From positions 13,142 through 77,141 of the forward strand of contig JBAYKU010000002.1 in the NCBI GenBank assembly GCA_041664425.1: a DNA stretch of 64,000 nucleotides. Reading direction: 5' to 3'. Positions within the stretch are counted from its first letter, which is position 1. Every line of letters starts with the position of its first letter. Positions 1-10,579 of the stretch are shown here, piece after piece. The stretch is from Minisyncoccota bacterium (GTDB taxonomy: Bacteria; Patescibacteriota; Minisyncoccia; Phycocordibacterales; XYD1-FULL-46-19). A program made the position numbers and the translations under genes. The notes under the pieces were generated by a model. That model did not search any database. It worked only from the letters and a program-made list of their open reading frames with translations, and was not told the DNA's origin.

Positions 1-1
1 T

Positions 2-1108
2 GCCGTTGACTCGTTATTTTTCCGTCGTGACTATCTCAACATCAACAATCCAGAAACGGGTGTTTTCTATGTCGAAGACAGTATTGGCGGTGTAAAAAGT
101 GTTAGTGATGAAGATCTCTCTCTCACTCTCCCAACACCGGGTGCCGTTGGTTCTCTGAGCTACAACAAGAACATCAAAACTAATACTGATCTTCCCAATC
201 TAGTTTTAAATGGTGCAACTAGTCTCCAGATTCCTTTGGGGGGCGTTTATACCGAGGCTGGTGCCTCTGCTTCTGATATTGTTGATGGTAATTTAACAAG
301 TTCGATTACTGTTACCAATGGCGTTAATACCAATAAATTAGGCAACTACGAAGTCACTTATGTGGTTTCTAATTCAGCTGGTTCTCAGGCTATTGGTCAA
401 CGAACGGTTTTTGTCCACAATAATTTAAGTGGTTTACCAGTCAATAATACTACTGATAAAAATGTCAATGTGGTGGTCGGAGGTGGTTCGTATTATCGAT
501 ACCAAATTGACAACGAAAATGTCTCTGAAACTCAAAGTATTGTAGCGTCCTCCACTATATCACTACTCGATCTATCGTCGGGAGAACATATTTTGCGGGT
601 TTGGGGTAGAAATACAGGTGAAGACTTTTTGCAAACAACTCCCTATGTTCATATTTGGGTAATTAGGGATTCATCAGCCTCTTCTGGTGGTGCAGGCGCT
701 GGCGGTGGAAGTGGAGGTTCCAGTATCAGCTCGGTTAGTTCTAGTGATGTCAATCTTTTGTCAAAAGAAGGTTTGGTGTCAGAAGTTGCCTCTACTAGCG
801 GTAAAGTCTTGGGCGCCAAGGTTTATCAGTTTAATCGAATATTGAGACTTGGTTCCAAAGGGGATGATGTTAAACTTTTGCAGTTTTTGTTGATTAAACA
901 GAAGGTCGGTAAATCGGCTCTGGCTTTAGCCAAAAATGGTATCACCGGCTATTATGGCCCAATGACAGAAAGCGCTATGCGTGATTATGCTAAGAAAAAC
1001 CAGTTAAAGCCGGCTAATGGTATATTAAACAAATTTGTTAGAGATCACTTCCAAAAATTAGGGAAAGAATTAAATATTTCTCTGTCCAAGATATCTTCAA
1101 AACAATAG
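2..1108 (+). CDS. Surface protein, 5' partial: DUF5011/Ig-like domain, Gly/Ser linker and C-terminal peptidoglycan-binding domain
   Basis: The frame is open from position 2. It has an 'L.L.G...Y.E.GASASD.VDG.LT..I.V...V.T...G.Y.VTY' Ig-like motif and an 'L.LGSKGDDVKLLQ.LL...TGYYGPMT..A' PG-binding motif. Confidence 0.75.
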   Translation, partial: AVDSLFFRRDYLNINNPETGVFYVEDSIGGVKSVSDEDLSLTLPTPGAVGSLSYNKNIKTNTDLPNLVLNGATSLQIPLGGVYTEAGASASDIVDGNLTSSITVTNGVNTNKLGNYEVTYVVSNSAGSQAIGQRTVFVHNNLSGLPVNNTTDKNVNVVVGGGSYYRYQIDNENVSETQSIVASSTISLLDLSSGEHILRVWGRNTGEDFLQTTPYVHIWVIRDSSASSGGAGAGGGSGGSSISSVSSSDVNLLSKEGLVSEVASTSGKVLGAKVYQFNRILRLGSKGDDVKLLQFLLIKQKVGKSALALAKNGITGYYGPMTESAMRDYAKKNQLKPANGILNKFVRDHFQKLGKELNISLSKISSKQ

Positions 1109-1149
1109 TTTGGTATATAATTTACAAATAATTAACAATAAATAAAAAA

Positions 1150-1596
1150 ATGAAAAACAACCGTCAAAAAGGCTTCAATTTCATTCCAGCCATTGTTATT
1201 CTAGCTGTCTTGCTGGCTTTGGGTTTCGGCGGTTATTATTACTACAGTAAAAATAACCAAAATCAAAGCGAGGATAAACAAATTGCCGCTTTAGAAAAAA
1301 AGATTGGTAAGCTGATTGTTTTACCAACAGGTGAAAAACCAATCTTAGCCACTATCAAAGATGCTGCCGCCTTGTCTGCTCAGCAACCCTTTTTTGCTGG
1401 AGCCCAGAACGGTGACAAACTCTTGGTTTATTCTCAGGCTCGTAAGGCTTTTATTTACAGCGAGACTACTGGTAAATTGGTAAATGTTGGTCCGATTGTC
1501 TACGATCAGAAAACTGGTTCAGCGATCTCAGATCAGGTTCAAACTACCAAAACAACAGTGACTAAGGTTGCGACTACTACCACTAAAAAGAAATAG
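1150..1596 (+). CDS. Membrane-anchored hypothetical protein with prepilin-like N-terminus
   Basis: Basic leader QKG|F, then a hydrophobic helix and a soluble domain. Confidence 0.6.
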   Translation: MKNNRQKGFNFIPAIVILAVLLALGFGGYYYYSKNNQNQSEDKQIAALEKKIGKLIVLPTGEKPILATIKDAAALSAQQPFFAGAQNGDKLLVYSQARKAFIYSETTGKLVNVGPIVYDQKTGSAISDQVQTTKTTVTKVATTTTKKK

Positions 1597-1599
1597 TTT

Positions 1600-1633
1600 A
1601 GCAAAAACGGGCCACTGGCCCGTTTTTGCTTTT
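1600..1633 (+). terminator. Bidirectional intrinsic terminator
   Basis: Hairpin agcaaaaacgggcc-act-ggcccgtttttgct directly after the stop codon. Confidence 0.8.
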
Positions 1634-1664
1634 AGGTTGAAATTTCGTTATATTGGTAATCATT

Positions 1665-2372
1665 ATGCGTTTACATCGTTTTATTGGTGATTGGGCTTTG
1701 GGTGAGGAGATGACTATCCGGGTAGTTGATACGGAGGTTTTATCTCAGGTCAAAAATGTTTTACGCCTCGGTCGAGGAGACCAAATAGTTTTGGCTGATG
1801 GTGGTGGACAGGAGGCCTTGGTCACTATTGCTGATTTTGGTCATGGTTATTTTGATACTAAGGTCGAAGAATATCGACCGGCTAAAACTGAAAGTGAGGC
1901 TGAGACGACCCTTTTTTGTGCTGTTTTGAAGAAAGAAAATTTTGAAGTGGTGGTCCAGAAGGCGACTGAGCTGGGGGTAAAAAAGATTGTGCCGATTATT
2001 ACCGAGCGGACCGTTAAACTAGGTTTACGTTTTGATCGTTTGGAGAAAATCGCTCGAGAGGCCAGTGAACAATCTGGTCGGGGTGTCGTGCCAGCTCTGT
2101 CTGAACCAGTAGAATTTTCGCTAGCTTTGGCCAACCTACCGACGGGGACCAAGACGATTGTCCTGGAAGAAACTGGGCAAGATTTTTCGACTGATATTTG
2201 GAACCAGGCTAAATCGCGAGCGATTTTTGTGGGACCGGAGGGTGGCTGGACCGAAGCCGAAATCAATCAGGCCAAAGCCAGAGGGATTGATTTGGTCAAA
2301 GTTTGTAATTTTACTTTGAGGGCAGAGACCGCGGCTGTCGTGGCTTCATTTCTATTAGGTCATGAAAATTAA
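1665..2372 (+). CDS. rsmE: 16S rRNA m3U1498 methyltransferase RsmE
   Basis: Motifs VQKATELGV, EASEQSGR, VGPEGGW and LRAETAA. ATG at 1665 preferred over TTG at 1653. Confidence 0.93.
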   Translation: MRLHRFIGDWALGEEMTIRVVDTEVLSQVKNVLRLGRGDQIVLADGGGQEALVTIADFGHGYFDTKVEEYRPAKTESEAETTLFCAVLKKENFEVVVQKATELGVKKIVPIITERTVKLGLRFDRLEKIAREASEQSGRGVVPALSEPVEFSLALANLPTGTKTIVLEETGQDFSTDIWNQAKSRAIFVGPEGGWTEAEINQAKARGIDLVKVCNFTLRAETAAVVASFLLGHEN

Positions 2373-3105
2373 TTCTCAGGATCGGGCTTGGTTGTTGCGA
2401 GATAAATATGCTGGCCTAGAAACGCCAGCCTTTTTAGCTGATGTTAAAAAAATAGAACAGGGCGAGCCGCTTGATTATGTCATTGGCTGGCGGGATTTTT
2501 TAGGTTGTCGGATAGATTTGTCGGAGCGGCCATTGATTCCGCGCGCGGAGACGGAGTTTTGGACGGAGTTAGTGATTAAAAAAATTGGTCAACAGCCGGC
2601 CAAGGTTTTAGATATTTTTGCTGGTTCTGGCTGTGTAGGTCTGGCTGTGCTCAAACATTGTCTGCAGGTCGAAGTCACTTTTGCTGACAGTGAGGAAAGT
2701 TGTCTGCGCCAGATTAGAAAAAACCGCGTAAAGCTTCGCCACGCGGCAAGTTTGGTAAAAATTATCAAATCAGATGTATTTTCTAATATAAAAAATAAGT
2801 TTGATTTTATTTTAGCCAATCCGCCTTATGTTCCAACTGTCGGGCGGGGGAGCCGGGTTCAAACTTCAGCTTCTAAATACGAACCAGCCACTGCCCTGTG
2901 GTCTGGCGCTGACGGCCTCGATATTATCCGGCGTTTTTTAACTGATGCCAAAAATCACCTCACTCCCACTGGTGAGATTTGGTTGGAATTTAGCGTGGGG
3001 CAAAAAACGAAAATCGAAAAACTCTTGCGAGAAAATGGCTATAAACAATGTCAATTTCATCGCGATCAATTTGGACGGTTCCGGTTTGTGGTGATAGGGG
3101 CTTAA
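2362..3105 (+). CDS. prmC: Release factor glutamine methyltransferase PrmC/HemK
   Basis: Motifs GEPLDYVIG, LIPRAETE, LDIFAGSG and ANPPY. Confidence 0.92.
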   Translation: MKINSQDRAWLLRDKYAGLETPAFLADVKKIEQGEPLDYVIGWRDFLGCRIDLSERPLIPRAETEFWTELVIKKIGQQPAKVLDIFAGSGCVGLAVLKHCLQVEVTFADSEESCLRQIRKNRVKLRHAASLVKIIKSDVFSNIKNKFDFILANPPYVPTVGRGSRVQTSASKYEPATALWSGADGLDIIRRFLTDAKNHLTPTGEIWLEFSVGQKTKIEKLLRENGYKQCQFHRDQFGRFRFVVIGA

Positions 3106-3182
3106 AAGGTTGCTTTTTCTATACTTTATGTTATAATGTAATTAGAGGGTTATCTAGGGTCTTTGACCAAAGGAGAAGGAAA

Positions 3183-3269
3183 ATGAATTTGGACTTGCGG
3201 CCGTTTAGTCGGCAGAAGAATCTGCTGGTGGCCATCACGATGTCACTCGATCGAGGGATTATTTTTTGA
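3183..3269 (+). CDS. Possible 28-aa microprotein or remnant of an orphan cassette
   Basis: Own promoter (TTGCTT...TGTTATAAT, about 3110-3137) and AAGGAGAAGG before the ATG. Protein MNLDLRPFSRQKNLLVAITMSLDRGIIF. Confidence 0.35.
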   Translation: MNLDLRPFSRQKNLLVAITMSLDRGIIF

Positions 3270-3305
3270 TTGAATTTTAATCTAACAAAGTTTTGTTGTT
3301 GATAT

Positions 3306-4850
3306 CTAGCCAGCTATCAAACTCTGCCCCGTCATCTCTGTTGGTTGGGCAACTCCGAGAATTTCCAAAATCGTTGGCGTAACATCTTGCAAAGCACCGC
3401 CATCTTTTAATCCGATGTTTTTATAAGCTGGATCATCGCAAACTATAATCAAAGGCACTTTGTTGGCTGAGTGTTGAGTTTCCATCTGACCATCGGCGGT
3501 GAGCATTGATTCAACATTGCCATGATCAGCGGAAATAATTGCTAGACCATTCTTAGCTTTGGTGGCTTCGACCACTAGACCGACGGCTCGATCACATTCT
3601 TCGACCGCCTCGATGGCGGCGGCGATATTGCCGGTGTGGCCGACGATATCAGGGTTAGCGAAATTCATCATAATCAATTCATATTTGTCGGAATTGATTG
3701 CCTCAACGGCCGCTTGGGCGATATCTAGGGCGTGCATTTTAGGCGCGAGATCATAAGTAGCGATTTTGTCTGAGGAAATAAGTTTTCTGTCTTCACCTGG
3801 GAAAGGTTCTTCTCTCATGCCGGAGAAGATCGTGGTGACATAAATCCATTTTTCAGTTTCGGCCACGCGGAATTGTTTCAGACCAGCCTGGCTAACTATT
3901 TCTCCCATTGTATTTTTTGGTACATCTTTAGTAAAAGCTGAATCGGCTGGCATGGTATCGTAATATTTGAAAGTGCCGACAAATTTAATATCAAGTTTGG
4001 GGCCACGAGCAAAATCTTGGAAATCTGGTTCGATAAAAGCTTGAGTAATTTCAATTGAGCGGTCGGTACGGAAATTAACCCAGACCAAAGCGTCGCCGTT
4101 TTTTATTTGGCCAATTGGAGCGCCGGCCTCGTCGACAATGACAGTCGGTTTAATAAACTCATCAGTTTCTCCGCGAGTATAAGCCTGGTCGATAGCTTCG
4201 AGTGGGGAGGGGGCCGTAAAATCACCAACTCCGTCAACTAGCGCGCTATAACCTTTTTCCACTCTGTCCCAGCGATGATCGCGATCCATGATGAAGTATC
4301 GACCCATAACGGTGCCGACTTGACCAATGCCAAATTTAGCAAAAGTATTTTCTAGTCGAGTGAGATAAGTTTTGGCCTCGTCTGGTCTGGTATCGCGCCC
4401 GTCAGAAATAAAATGAACTATGACTTTGGTTAGGCCATTTTTGGCGGCCATTTCAATCAGGGCAAAAGTCAGTTCGTCATAATTATGAACACCTTTGTCA
4501 GACATTAAACCAGCGAGATGAAGAGTAGAATTATTCTTTTTAGCAAAATCAATGGCGCTTTGATAAGCCGGATTACTAAAAATCTCACCCGAAGAAATAG
4601 CCTGTTCGACTTGGCCCTGGGGTAAATAAACATTGCGACCAGCACCAATAATCAAGTGACCGATCTCACTCGATCCCTGGTGGCCGTCTGGTAGACCGAT
4701 AGCTTCGCCCCCAGCGCCTATTTCAGTATGCGGATAATTGGCCCAAAGAGCGTTCATGTTGGGTGTTTGGGCGAGACTAATGGCGTTACCTGGTCCAGCT
4801 GGCGCTAAGCCCCAGCCATCTAAAATAATATAAACAAGTGGTTTTTTCAT
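3306..4850 (-). CDS. gpmI: 2,3-bisphosphoglycerate-independent phosphoglycerate mutase
   Basis: Motifs IILDGWG, GSSEIGH, DGRD, MDRDHRW, NFANPDIVGHTG and ADHGN. Confidence 0.97.
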   Translation of the reverse strand: MKKPLVYIILDGWGLAPAGPGNAISLAQTPNMNALWANYPHTEIGAGGEAIGLPDGHQGSSEIGHLIIGAGRNVYLPQGQVEQAISSGEIFSNPAYQSAIDFAKKNNSTLHLAGLMSDKGVHNYDELTFALIEMAAKNGLTKVIVHFISDGRDTRPDEAKTYLTRLENTFAKFGIGQVGTVMGRYFIMDRDHRWDRVEKGYSALVDGVGDFTAPSPLEAIDQAYTRGETDEFIKPTVIVDEAGAPIGQIKNGDALVWVNFRTDRSIEITQAFIEPDFQDFARGPKLDIKFVGTFKYYDTMPADSAFTKDVPKNTMGEIVSQAGLKQFRVAETEKWIYVTTIFSGMREEPFPGEDRKLISSDKIATYDLAPKMHALDIAQAAVEAINSDKYELIMMNFANPDIVGHTGNIAAAIEAVEECDRAVGLVVEATKAKNGLAIISADHGNVESMLTADGQMETQHSANKVPLIIVCDDPAYKNIGLKDGGALQDVTPTILEILGVAQPTEMTGQSLIAG

Positions 4851-4995
4851 TTACCCTGTTGAATAAATTTTAAATTAATAATCTTCCTGTCAATATCGTA
4901 ATACTACTATAAAAGTATGTTTTTTAGAATTTTTTGATAATTTTCAGTAATTTAAAATTAAAATTTGTAAACAAATTTTTATTCAATAGGGTGAA
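4850..4995. repeat. ACCCY-family miniature inverted-repeat element forming the gpmI leader
   Basis: Termini tttaccctgttgaataaa / tttattcaatagggtgaa. Internal arm aattttaaatta...taatttaaaatt and hairpin aaaatttgt-aa-acaaatttt. Confidence 0.7.
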
Positions 4996-5023
4996 TTATA
5001 AGCGGTTAAGCTCTTTTGTGTAT

Positions 5024-5057
5024 TTGATTTATTTACCCATATATGTTATAATAGAGG
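5024..5057 (+). promoter_or_regulatory. Sigma70 promoter of orphan cassette
   Basis: TTGATT, 17-nt spacer, extended -10 TGtTATAAT. A near-identical block lies at 40454-40486 on the minus strand. Confidence 0.7.
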
Positions 5058-5104
5058 AAGATAAGAGTTGTCGATAATCGATGACTTCAATTAGGAGAAG
5101 GTCC

Positions 5105-5395
5105 ATGAAGAACGGAAACATCGTGAGATTGTTTGATCGGGTGACATCCCCTGAAGATGTTGCCCCGTTTGAATCGAGATGTTGTCTTTTGTTAGCCGTG
5201 ATCCTGGCAGCTCATGACCATCGGACTTTCAGGCCGGATTTTGCCCTCGGTGTCCCAGGCGACACCAACATCACCCAGCGCCACTTGGACTGGTTGGTGG
5301 AGCAAGGTTACATCCAGCCAATAATGGAAGGCCGGATGTTTCGGGTCACAGACGAAGGTTGTGCCTGGGTGTTTAAAGACAATCCTTCTGAGTGA
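5105..5395 (+). CDS. Orphan protein, possible winged helix
   Basis: AGGAGAAGG before ATG 5105. 'HLDWLVEQGYIQ...FRVTDEG' resembles a wHTH recognition helix and wing. Confidence 0.55.
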   Translation: MKNGNIVRLFDRVTSPEDVAPFESRCCLLLAVILAAHDHRTFRPDFALGVPGDTNITQRHLDWLVEQGYIQPIMEGRMFRVTDEGCAWVFKDNPSE

Positions 5396-5405
5396 AAGAA
5401 AAAGA

Positions 5406-5437
5406 ACGGGCGAGTTTCCGACAGGAACCTCGCCCGT
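5406..5437. terminator. Terminator between converging orphan gene and eno
   Basis: Hairpin acgggcgag-tttccgacaggaac-ctcgcccgt. Confidence 0.7.
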
Positions 5438-5460
5438 AACCATTTTAATTTTTTTTGAAC

Positions 5461-6753
<1,293 letters not shown>

Positions 6754-6942
6754 TTAAATTACTAAAGGAAAGTATAACACTAAACTAATTTTTATGTTTT
6801 TCCAAATCGGTATTGTGGACATCGGTAATAGCCAAAACTGTTAAATAGTGGTAAAATAGCCTTGAAAGAAGGGCTTATCTGCCAACGTAGTAAAAAAATG
6901 TGGGCCCGATGCCCATTTTTGTTGTTTTAACCAATTGAATCT

Positions 6943-8133
6943 ATGACCAATTTTTATAATTATTTTCTTCACGTTATCACTTTGATTGAACCAAAGGACT
7001 TTTTGGATGTGGCTATTGTGGCGGGTTTGATTTATGTGGTGATGATTTTTGTCCGCCAGACTCGTACCTACCTAGTTTTTTATGCCCTGGCTTTGTTGGC
7101 GGGAATTTATTTTTTATCTACTCGGTTTGACCTCGGTTTGACCCGTCAGATTTTTCAGCCTATCCTAACTTTTTCTTTTTTCCTCCTGGCGATTGTTTTT
7201 CAGCGTGATTTGCGTCGGTTTTTTGATTGGTTTTTTATTTCTGGTCGCAAACTGGTTTGGGAACGTAAAAAAGCTTTAACCAATGAAGTTTCAATCTCGG
7301 TGACCAAGGCGATTGGTATTATGGCAAAAAATAAAATCGGGGCCCTGATTGTTTTTCCTGGTGATTACCCGCTCGATTCTTTGATTGAAGGTGGCTGGGG
7401 TTTGGATGGTCGCATTAGTTCAACCTTACTTTTGAGTATTTTTGATCATCACAGTCCTGGTCATGATGGCGCGGTTATTATTGAAAATAATCGTCTGCGT
7501 CGTTTTGGTGTTCATTTACCTTTGGCTGAAAACTATCAAGGTTGGCATCAGGCGGGGACTCGTCATCGGGCGGGAGTTGGTATCACCGAACGCTCTGATG
7601 CACTGTCGGTGATTGTGTCGGAAGAGCGGGGAGAGATTTCGGTGGCTGAAAATGGCAAATTGAGAAAAATATCCTCCATTGATGAATTAAACCCCATTAT
7701 TGCTGATCACTTGAAGGAGAGCATTCATTTGACGACTGGTTTCTGGCACTACTTCTTGGCTCGTAATACCTGGGTAAAATTAACAGCCATTGTTTTAGCT
7801 GGATTTTTCTGGTTTATTTTGGCTTTTTCTGGTGGCACCGTGACCCAAACTATTGATGTGCCAATAGAGACTCGCTTATTGACCAACAATCTACAGGTAG
7901 AACAAGTCAATCCGCAAGATGTTAAAGTGACAGTGACTGGTAGTGATCGAGATTTGCGCAATTTTGATTCTCGCCAAATAAAAGCCACTATTGATTTGAC
8001 TGAGGCTCAGGTTGGTTGGCAAGAATACCAAATTACTAAAGACAGTATCTCCTATCCGTCATATCTTAAATTGATAAAGATTTCTCCGGAGACTGTTAAA
8101 ATTACCATTCATAAAAATGTCGAAAATAATTAA
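6943..8133 (+). CDS. cdaA: Diadenylate cyclase CdaA fused to a C-terminal YbbR (CdaR-like) domain
   Basis: Three N-terminal TM helices, DAC motifs HDGAVII and GTRHRAG, VSEERGEIS, a further TM, then a YbbR-like 'V.VTVTG...L......I.ATIDL...G'. Confidence 0.88.
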   Translation: MTNFYNYFLHVITLIEPKDFLDVAIVAGLIYVVMIFVRQTRTYLVFYALALLAGIYFLSTRFDLGLTRQIFQPILTFSFFLLAIVFQRDLRRFFDWFFISGRKLVWERKKALTNEVSISVTKAIGIMAKNKIGALIVFPGDYPLDSLIEGGWGLDGRISSTLLLSIFDHHSPGHDGAVIIENNRLRRFGVHLPLAENYQGWHQAGTRHRAGVGITERSDALSVIVSEERGEISVAENGKLRKISSIDELNPIIADHLKESIHLTTGFWHYFLARNTWVKLTAIVLAGFFWFILAFSGGTVTQTIDVPIETRLLTNNLQVEQVNPQDVKVTVTGSDRDLRNFDSRQIKATIDLTEAQVGWQEYQITKDSISYPSYLKLIKISPETVKITIHKNVENN

Positions 8134-8151
8134 TAATAGATAATAATTAAT

Positions 8152-8188
8152 AAATCCACCAAGATTTTAAAAAATCTAAGTGGACAAG
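8152..8188. repeat. CCACC...GTGG hairpin repeat, copy 1
   Basis: aaatccaccaagattttaaaaaatctaagtggacaag resembles the reverse complement of 22663-22704. Confidence 0.55.
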
Positions 8189-8195
8189 GAAAATT

Positions 8196-9032
8196 ATGAC
8201 TAATAACGAAAAAATTAAAATTGGTGTCTGGATTGCAAAGGGGGTGGCGATGATTTTAGTAGCAGTGGCCGCTTTTATCTACGCTGGTTCCTATGCAGAT
8301 TCGATTGCCAATATGTCGCCTTCGATCAATGTTTCTGGAATTGGTAAGGTTGTCGCTAAGCCTGATGTGGCTCGGTTTACTTTAACCATCCAAACAGAGG
8401 GAGGAAAGGATATCGCCGCTCTACGCAAGATCAATGATGATAGTAGTAATAAAATCGTTGATTTTTTGAAGAAAAGCGGTGTGCCTAAAGAAGATATTAA
8501 AACTACTAACTATTCGATGACTCCTCGTTATCAAAATTTTAGTTGTCGCAATGTGCCGGTGCCTCAAATGGTTGAAACCAATACGATGATGGCGTCAGCT
8601 CCCTATATTGGTACCCAAGTTTGTCCACCGTCTGAAGTCGTGGGTTATACTTTCAACAACACTATTGAGGTGACTGTGAGAGATTTTGAAAAGAAAGATG
8701 TCACGGGTTTGTTGGCTGGAGTGGTCAAAAATGGGGCTACTAGAGTTTCGCAATTGCGTTTTGAGCTCGATGATCCTTCTGTCGCCAGATCCTTAGCCAA
8801 AGCTGAGGCTATTAAAAAAGCTCAGGCCGAAGCCAAACGCTTGGCCAAAGAGAGTGGTATTTCTCTGGGCCGGATTCTTTCGATTGATGAAAGTGGCAGC
8901 CCAATGTATTACTCAACGAAATCTAGTTTAGGTATGGGTGGTGAAGTTTCAGCTGTTGATACGGCTCCTGCGATTGAAGCTGGCTCTCAGGATATCTCTG
9001 TGACCGTCAATGTTCGTTACGCTTTGAAGTAA
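8196..9032 (+). CDS. SIMPL domain (DUF541/YggE) protein
   Basis: Motifs INVSGIG.V.AKPD, DIKTTNY and A...AKAEA...A.AEAK.LA...G..LG.I.SI.E. Confidence 0.9.
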   Translation: MTNNEKIKIGVWIAKGVAMILVAVAAFIYAGSYADSIANMSPSINVSGIGKVVAKPDVARFTLTIQTEGGKDIAALRKINDDSSNKIVDFLKKSGVPKEDIKTTNYSMTPRYQNFSCRNVPVPQMVETNTMMASAPYIGTQVCPPSEVVGYTFNNTIEVTVRDFEKKDVTGLLAGVVKNGATRVSQLRFELDDPSVARSLAKAEAIKKAQAEAKRLAKESGISLGRILSIDESGSPMYYSTKSSLGMGGEVSAVDTAPAIEAGSQDISVTVNVRYALK

Positions 9033-9038
9033 AATTTT

Positions 9039-9081
9039 AAAAACTCCCCCGCGCGCTTTCGGGCGCGCGGGGGAGTTTTTT
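9039..9081 (+). terminator. Intrinsic terminator
   Basis: Hairpin aaaaactcccccgcgcgc-tttcgg-gcgcgcgggggagttttt. Confidence 0.9.
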
Positions 9082-9140
9082 GTTCAAAAAACGGCTTTAA
9101 ACTTGATTTTTAGCCACAATTGAGCTAAAATTGCCTTTCT

Positions 9141-10559
9141 ATGTATATCAAAAAAACTAAAATCGTTGCGACCATTGGTCCGGCAACAGAGAGTGTAGAA
9201 ATGTTAGAAAAATTATTTCACCAAGGGGTTAATGTGGTTCGCCTAAATTTTTCTCATGGGGATTTCGAAGAGCATGGTGGTCGCATCACTCGTACCAGAG
9301 CTATCAGTCAAAAACTAGATATTCCCGTGGCTATTTTACAAGACCTATCTGGCCCTAAAATCAGAATTGGTGAATTTTATCAGGAGCGGGTAATTTTGCC
9401 TGAGGGAGGAAAGTTTATGTTGACGACTGAGAAAATCGTGGGGGATGAAACGAAAGCCTACGTTAATTACGAAAAATTACCCAGTGAAGTCAAGGCTGGT
9501 CAGATTATTTTTCTCGATGATGGCAAGAAAAAGCTGATAGTAGAAAAAGTGGCTGGCGAAAAAGTTCATTGTAAAATTTTAGTGGGTGGCGAATGTAAGG
9601 GTCGGCGAGGAGTCAATGTCCCAGGCGCTTATCTTTCCATCAGCTGTCTAACCGATAAGGATAAAAAAGATTTACAATTTGGTATCAAGCAAGGGGTTGA
9701 TTATATGGCTTTGTCTTTTGTCCGTCGACCAGACGATGTCCGAGAATTGCGGGAAATTTTAAAGAAAAATAAAGCCAGTGATATTAAAATAATTTCCAAG
9801 ATTGAAACTCAGGAGGCGATTGATAATATTGATGAAATTTTAGAAGTCTCTGATGGCCTAATGGTGGCTCGTGGTGATTTGGCGATTGAGATCCCGGCGG
9901 AACAAGTGCCATTTTGGCAGAAGTCGATGATTAAAAAAGCCAACAAAGTGGGCAAGCCGGTGATTACTGCCACTCAGATGTTGGAATCAATGATTAGTTC
10001 ACCTGTGCCAACTCGGGCTGAAGTCTCCGATGTGGCTAACGCGATTTTTGATGGTACTGATGCTGTGATGTTGTCCGAAGAAACCACCCTTGGCCGTTAT
10101 CCATTGCAAGCAATTGAAGTGATGTATCGAGTGGCGGTTCATACTGAAAAAACCCGCGATGCTGGTCATTTTCTCACTCGCGAACATCTCTGTTCCAAAG
10201 ATCTCCAAGACTCTTTGGCTTATGCGGCCATTAATATTGCCCGTGAGACTTGTGCGACCGCTTTGGTAGCTTATACCACCACTGGCCGAACCCCACGCTT
10301 TTTGTCTCGTTATCGACCAGAAACTCCGTTGTTTATTTTGACTGACAACCAAAAAACTTATAATCAAATGGCTCTCGGTTTTGCCTGTTATCCGATTTTG
10401 ACGACCGAGCCGGAATCTTTGCAAAATTTTGGTGAGGTGGCGAGAAAAATGTTGTTAGCAAAGAAACTAGTGAAAAAAGGTGAGACCGTTATTCTCATCA
10501 CTGGATTACCTTTGGGTGGTAAAAGTGGCGCCAACATGGTTTTTGCTGAAAAGATTTAA
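9141..10559 (+). CDS. pyk: Pyruvate kinase
   Basis: Motifs KTKIVATIGPA, RLNFSHG, SKIE, MVARGDL, TATQMLESM and DAVMLSEET. Confidence 0.98.
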   Translation: MYIKKTKIVATIGPATESVEMLEKLFHQGVNVVRLNFSHGDFEEHGGRITRTRAISQKLDIPVAILQDLSGPKIRIGEFYQERVILPEGGKFMLTTEKIVGDETKAYVNYEKLPSEVKAGQIIFLDDGKKKLIVEKVAGEKVHCKILVGGECKGRRGVNVPGAYLSISCLTDKDKKDLQFGIKQGVDYMALSFVRRPDDVRELREILKKNKASDIKIISKIETQEAIDNIDEILEVSDGLMVARGDLAIEIPAEQVPFWQKSMIKKANKVGKPVITATQMLESMISSPVPTRAEVSDVANAIFDGTDAVMLSEETTLGRYPLQAIEVMYRVAVHTEKTRDAGHFLTREHLCSKDLQDSLAYAAINIARETCATALVAYTTTGRTPRFLSRYRPETPLFILTDNQKTYNQMALGFACYPILTTEPESLQNFGEVARKMLLAKKLVKKGETVILITGLPLGGKSGANMVFAEKI

Positions 10560-10579
10560 AAAAGCGGTACAATTAAAAT

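Noticed and set aside
6860-6940. Possible c-di-AMP (ydaO) riboswitch upstream of cdaA
   Set aside because: Only short gggc/gccc complementarity; the region is too short and lacks the consensus.
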